A stretch of DNA of 63,745 bases, the filler included, from Bigelowiella natans CCMP2755 (Eukaryota > Protista > Cercozoa), in the NCBI GenBank assembly GCA_000320545.1. It is 8 parts of 8 records of this genome, joined end to end, with 100 filler letters (N's around TTAATTAATTAA, not from the genome) between each part and the next. Parts side by side here need not be neighbours in the genome. Positions count along the whole stretch, not along the records: positions 62,715 to 63,745 come from ADNK01000113.1; 7 more parts are not named here. The stretch is one strand, 5' to 3'. The position numbers and the translations under genes were made by a program. The notes under the pieces are model-generated. The model did no database searches. It was not told the origin of the DNA and saw only the letters and a program-made list of their open reading frames with translations. Below are positions 62,615 to 63,745 of this stretch, piece by piece. Position 1 is the first letter of the stretch. Every line of letters starts with the position of its first letter.

Positions 62615-62714
62615 NNNNNNNNNNNNNNNNNNNNNNNNNNNNNNNNNNNNNNNNNNNNTTAATTAATTAANNNNNNNNNNNNNNNNNNNNNNNNNNNNNN
62701 NNNNNNNNNNNNNN
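62615..62714. other. Artificial contig linker
   Basis: N44-TTAATTAATTAA-N44. Confidence 0.98.
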
Positions 62715-62728
62715 TCATGTGTTCGTAC

Positions 62729-62854
62729 ATTGCTGTTAATTCTTCCACTTCTTGATGACAGCAGCTTATGCAAATATTGATGTATGATTGTGTCACAAAT
62801 ACTTGCATCAGCAGTATTCTTAAACCACACGCTCACACTCAACGCAATACATAT

Positions 62855-62924
<70 letters not shown>

Positions 62925-63127
62925 AAATACATTCTTCTGTATACGGAACAGGTGACCTCAGTTGATATGGGAAATGAGGCTTTTCCTTTCAGAACTGCAA
63001 AGGACATCGACATTGGGTGGGTTGTTGTTCAAATTAGGGAAGAGGGATAAGGGGAAGGGGGGTGGGGTGTGGAAACAACGATTAAGGCTGAACCAAAGGG
63101 CATGAAAAAGAAATATAATAATAATCA

Positions 63128-63191
<64 letters not shown>

Positions 63192-63316
63192 ATATGTATT
63201 GCGTTGAGTGTGAGCGTGTGTTTTAAGAATACTGCTGATGCAAGTATTTGTGAAACAATCATACATCAATATTTGCATAAGCTGCTGTCATCAAGAAGTG
63301 GAAGAATAACAGCAAT
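62729..63316. repeat. ~190-bp near-perfect inverted repeat in two adjacent introns
   Basis: 62729-~62922 matches the reverse complement of ~63128-63316 with only a few mismatches. Confidence 0.95.
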
Positions 63317-63385
63317 AACGACACTGCTCAGATATTCCCGCGCACTGTGTGTACGGATTACATACGTCGGGGAGCTAGGATACGA
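62952..63385 (+). CDS. Sarcosine/dimethylglycine dehydrogenase family (GcvT-like domain), two internal exons
   Basis: Exons 62952-63016 and 63332-63385 splice to VTSVDMGNEAFPFRTAKDIDIGYSRALCVRITYVGELGYE. Confidence 0.8.
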
Positions 63386-63408
63386 GTAAGATGGATGATC
63401 ACGCTTAT

Positions 63409-63481
<73 letters not shown>

Positions 63482-63745
63482 TGTGTGTGTATGAAAGAGA
63501 GAGAGATAGGGAGAGAGAGAAAGAGAGAGAGAGGAAGAAAAACGTAAGATCTCCTCCGCCATCGTCATCATCATCTTTATCATCAATCAAATATGTGTGG
63601 AGAGCGAGATACTGACTCGCAGTTATAATCCTCCTCTATCCCCATCCTCATCATCATCCTCATCATCATCATCCTCATCCTCATCATCGTCATCATCATC
63701 ATCGTCATAGGTTGTACATTCCTACGGAAAATGCACTACACGTGT

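Noticed and set aside
31227-62714. Recurrent TTAATTAATTAA within N-runs as a biological repeat
   Set aside because: Identical 100-bp N44-12-N44 format with six-frame stops marks a contig-joining linker. Adjacency across linkers carries no meaning.
126-63615. Most short ORF-track entries (YIYIYI, HTHTHT, CVCVCV, SLSLSL, poly-M/I/H)
   Set aside because: Translations of intronic microsatellites or exon read-through, not proteins.

Overview
This window is not one locus. It is eight unrelated assembly contigs joined by an artificial 100-bp linker (N44-TTAATTAATTAA-N44): 1-31226, 31327-34350, 34451-38678, 38779-53173, 53274-55243, 55344-58854, 58955-62614 and 62715-63745. Seven contigs are intron-dense, microsatellite-rich nuclear DNA of a flagellated protist. 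Bipartite plastid-targeting leaders suggest an alga with a secondary plastid; a chlorarachniophyte is my best inference. Genes recognised by splicing by eye: GEX1/KAR5-like nuclear fusion protein, DH-PH RhoGEF, zinc-ribbon/Pro-rich/CAP-Gly protein, motif-degenerate intronless eIF4A-like helicase, CCX/NCLX exchanger, IFT70/TTC30, eS12, a head-to-head pair of plastid-targeted G6PD (with an N-terminal ankyrin module) and 6PGD, Hsp20 with an HSE array, a 2OG-Fe(II) oxygenase-like gene and a sarcosine-dehydrogenase-family fragment. The remaining contig (55344-58854) is AT-rich, intronless and gene-dense and looks like a virophage fragment. It has a protease C-terminus, a 560-aa ORFan, a packaging ATPase, a small 2-TM protein and a PD-(D/E)XK-like nuclease, with a shared TATCTA late-promoter-like motif and an intergenic hairpin. 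Repeat islands between host genes are saturated with CTAG/CATG/TGCA, and paired repeat copies differ by TA vs TG/CA, hinting at an A:T->G:C repeat-hypermutation process. All exon boundaries and family calls are by-eye motif recognition; no searches were run.
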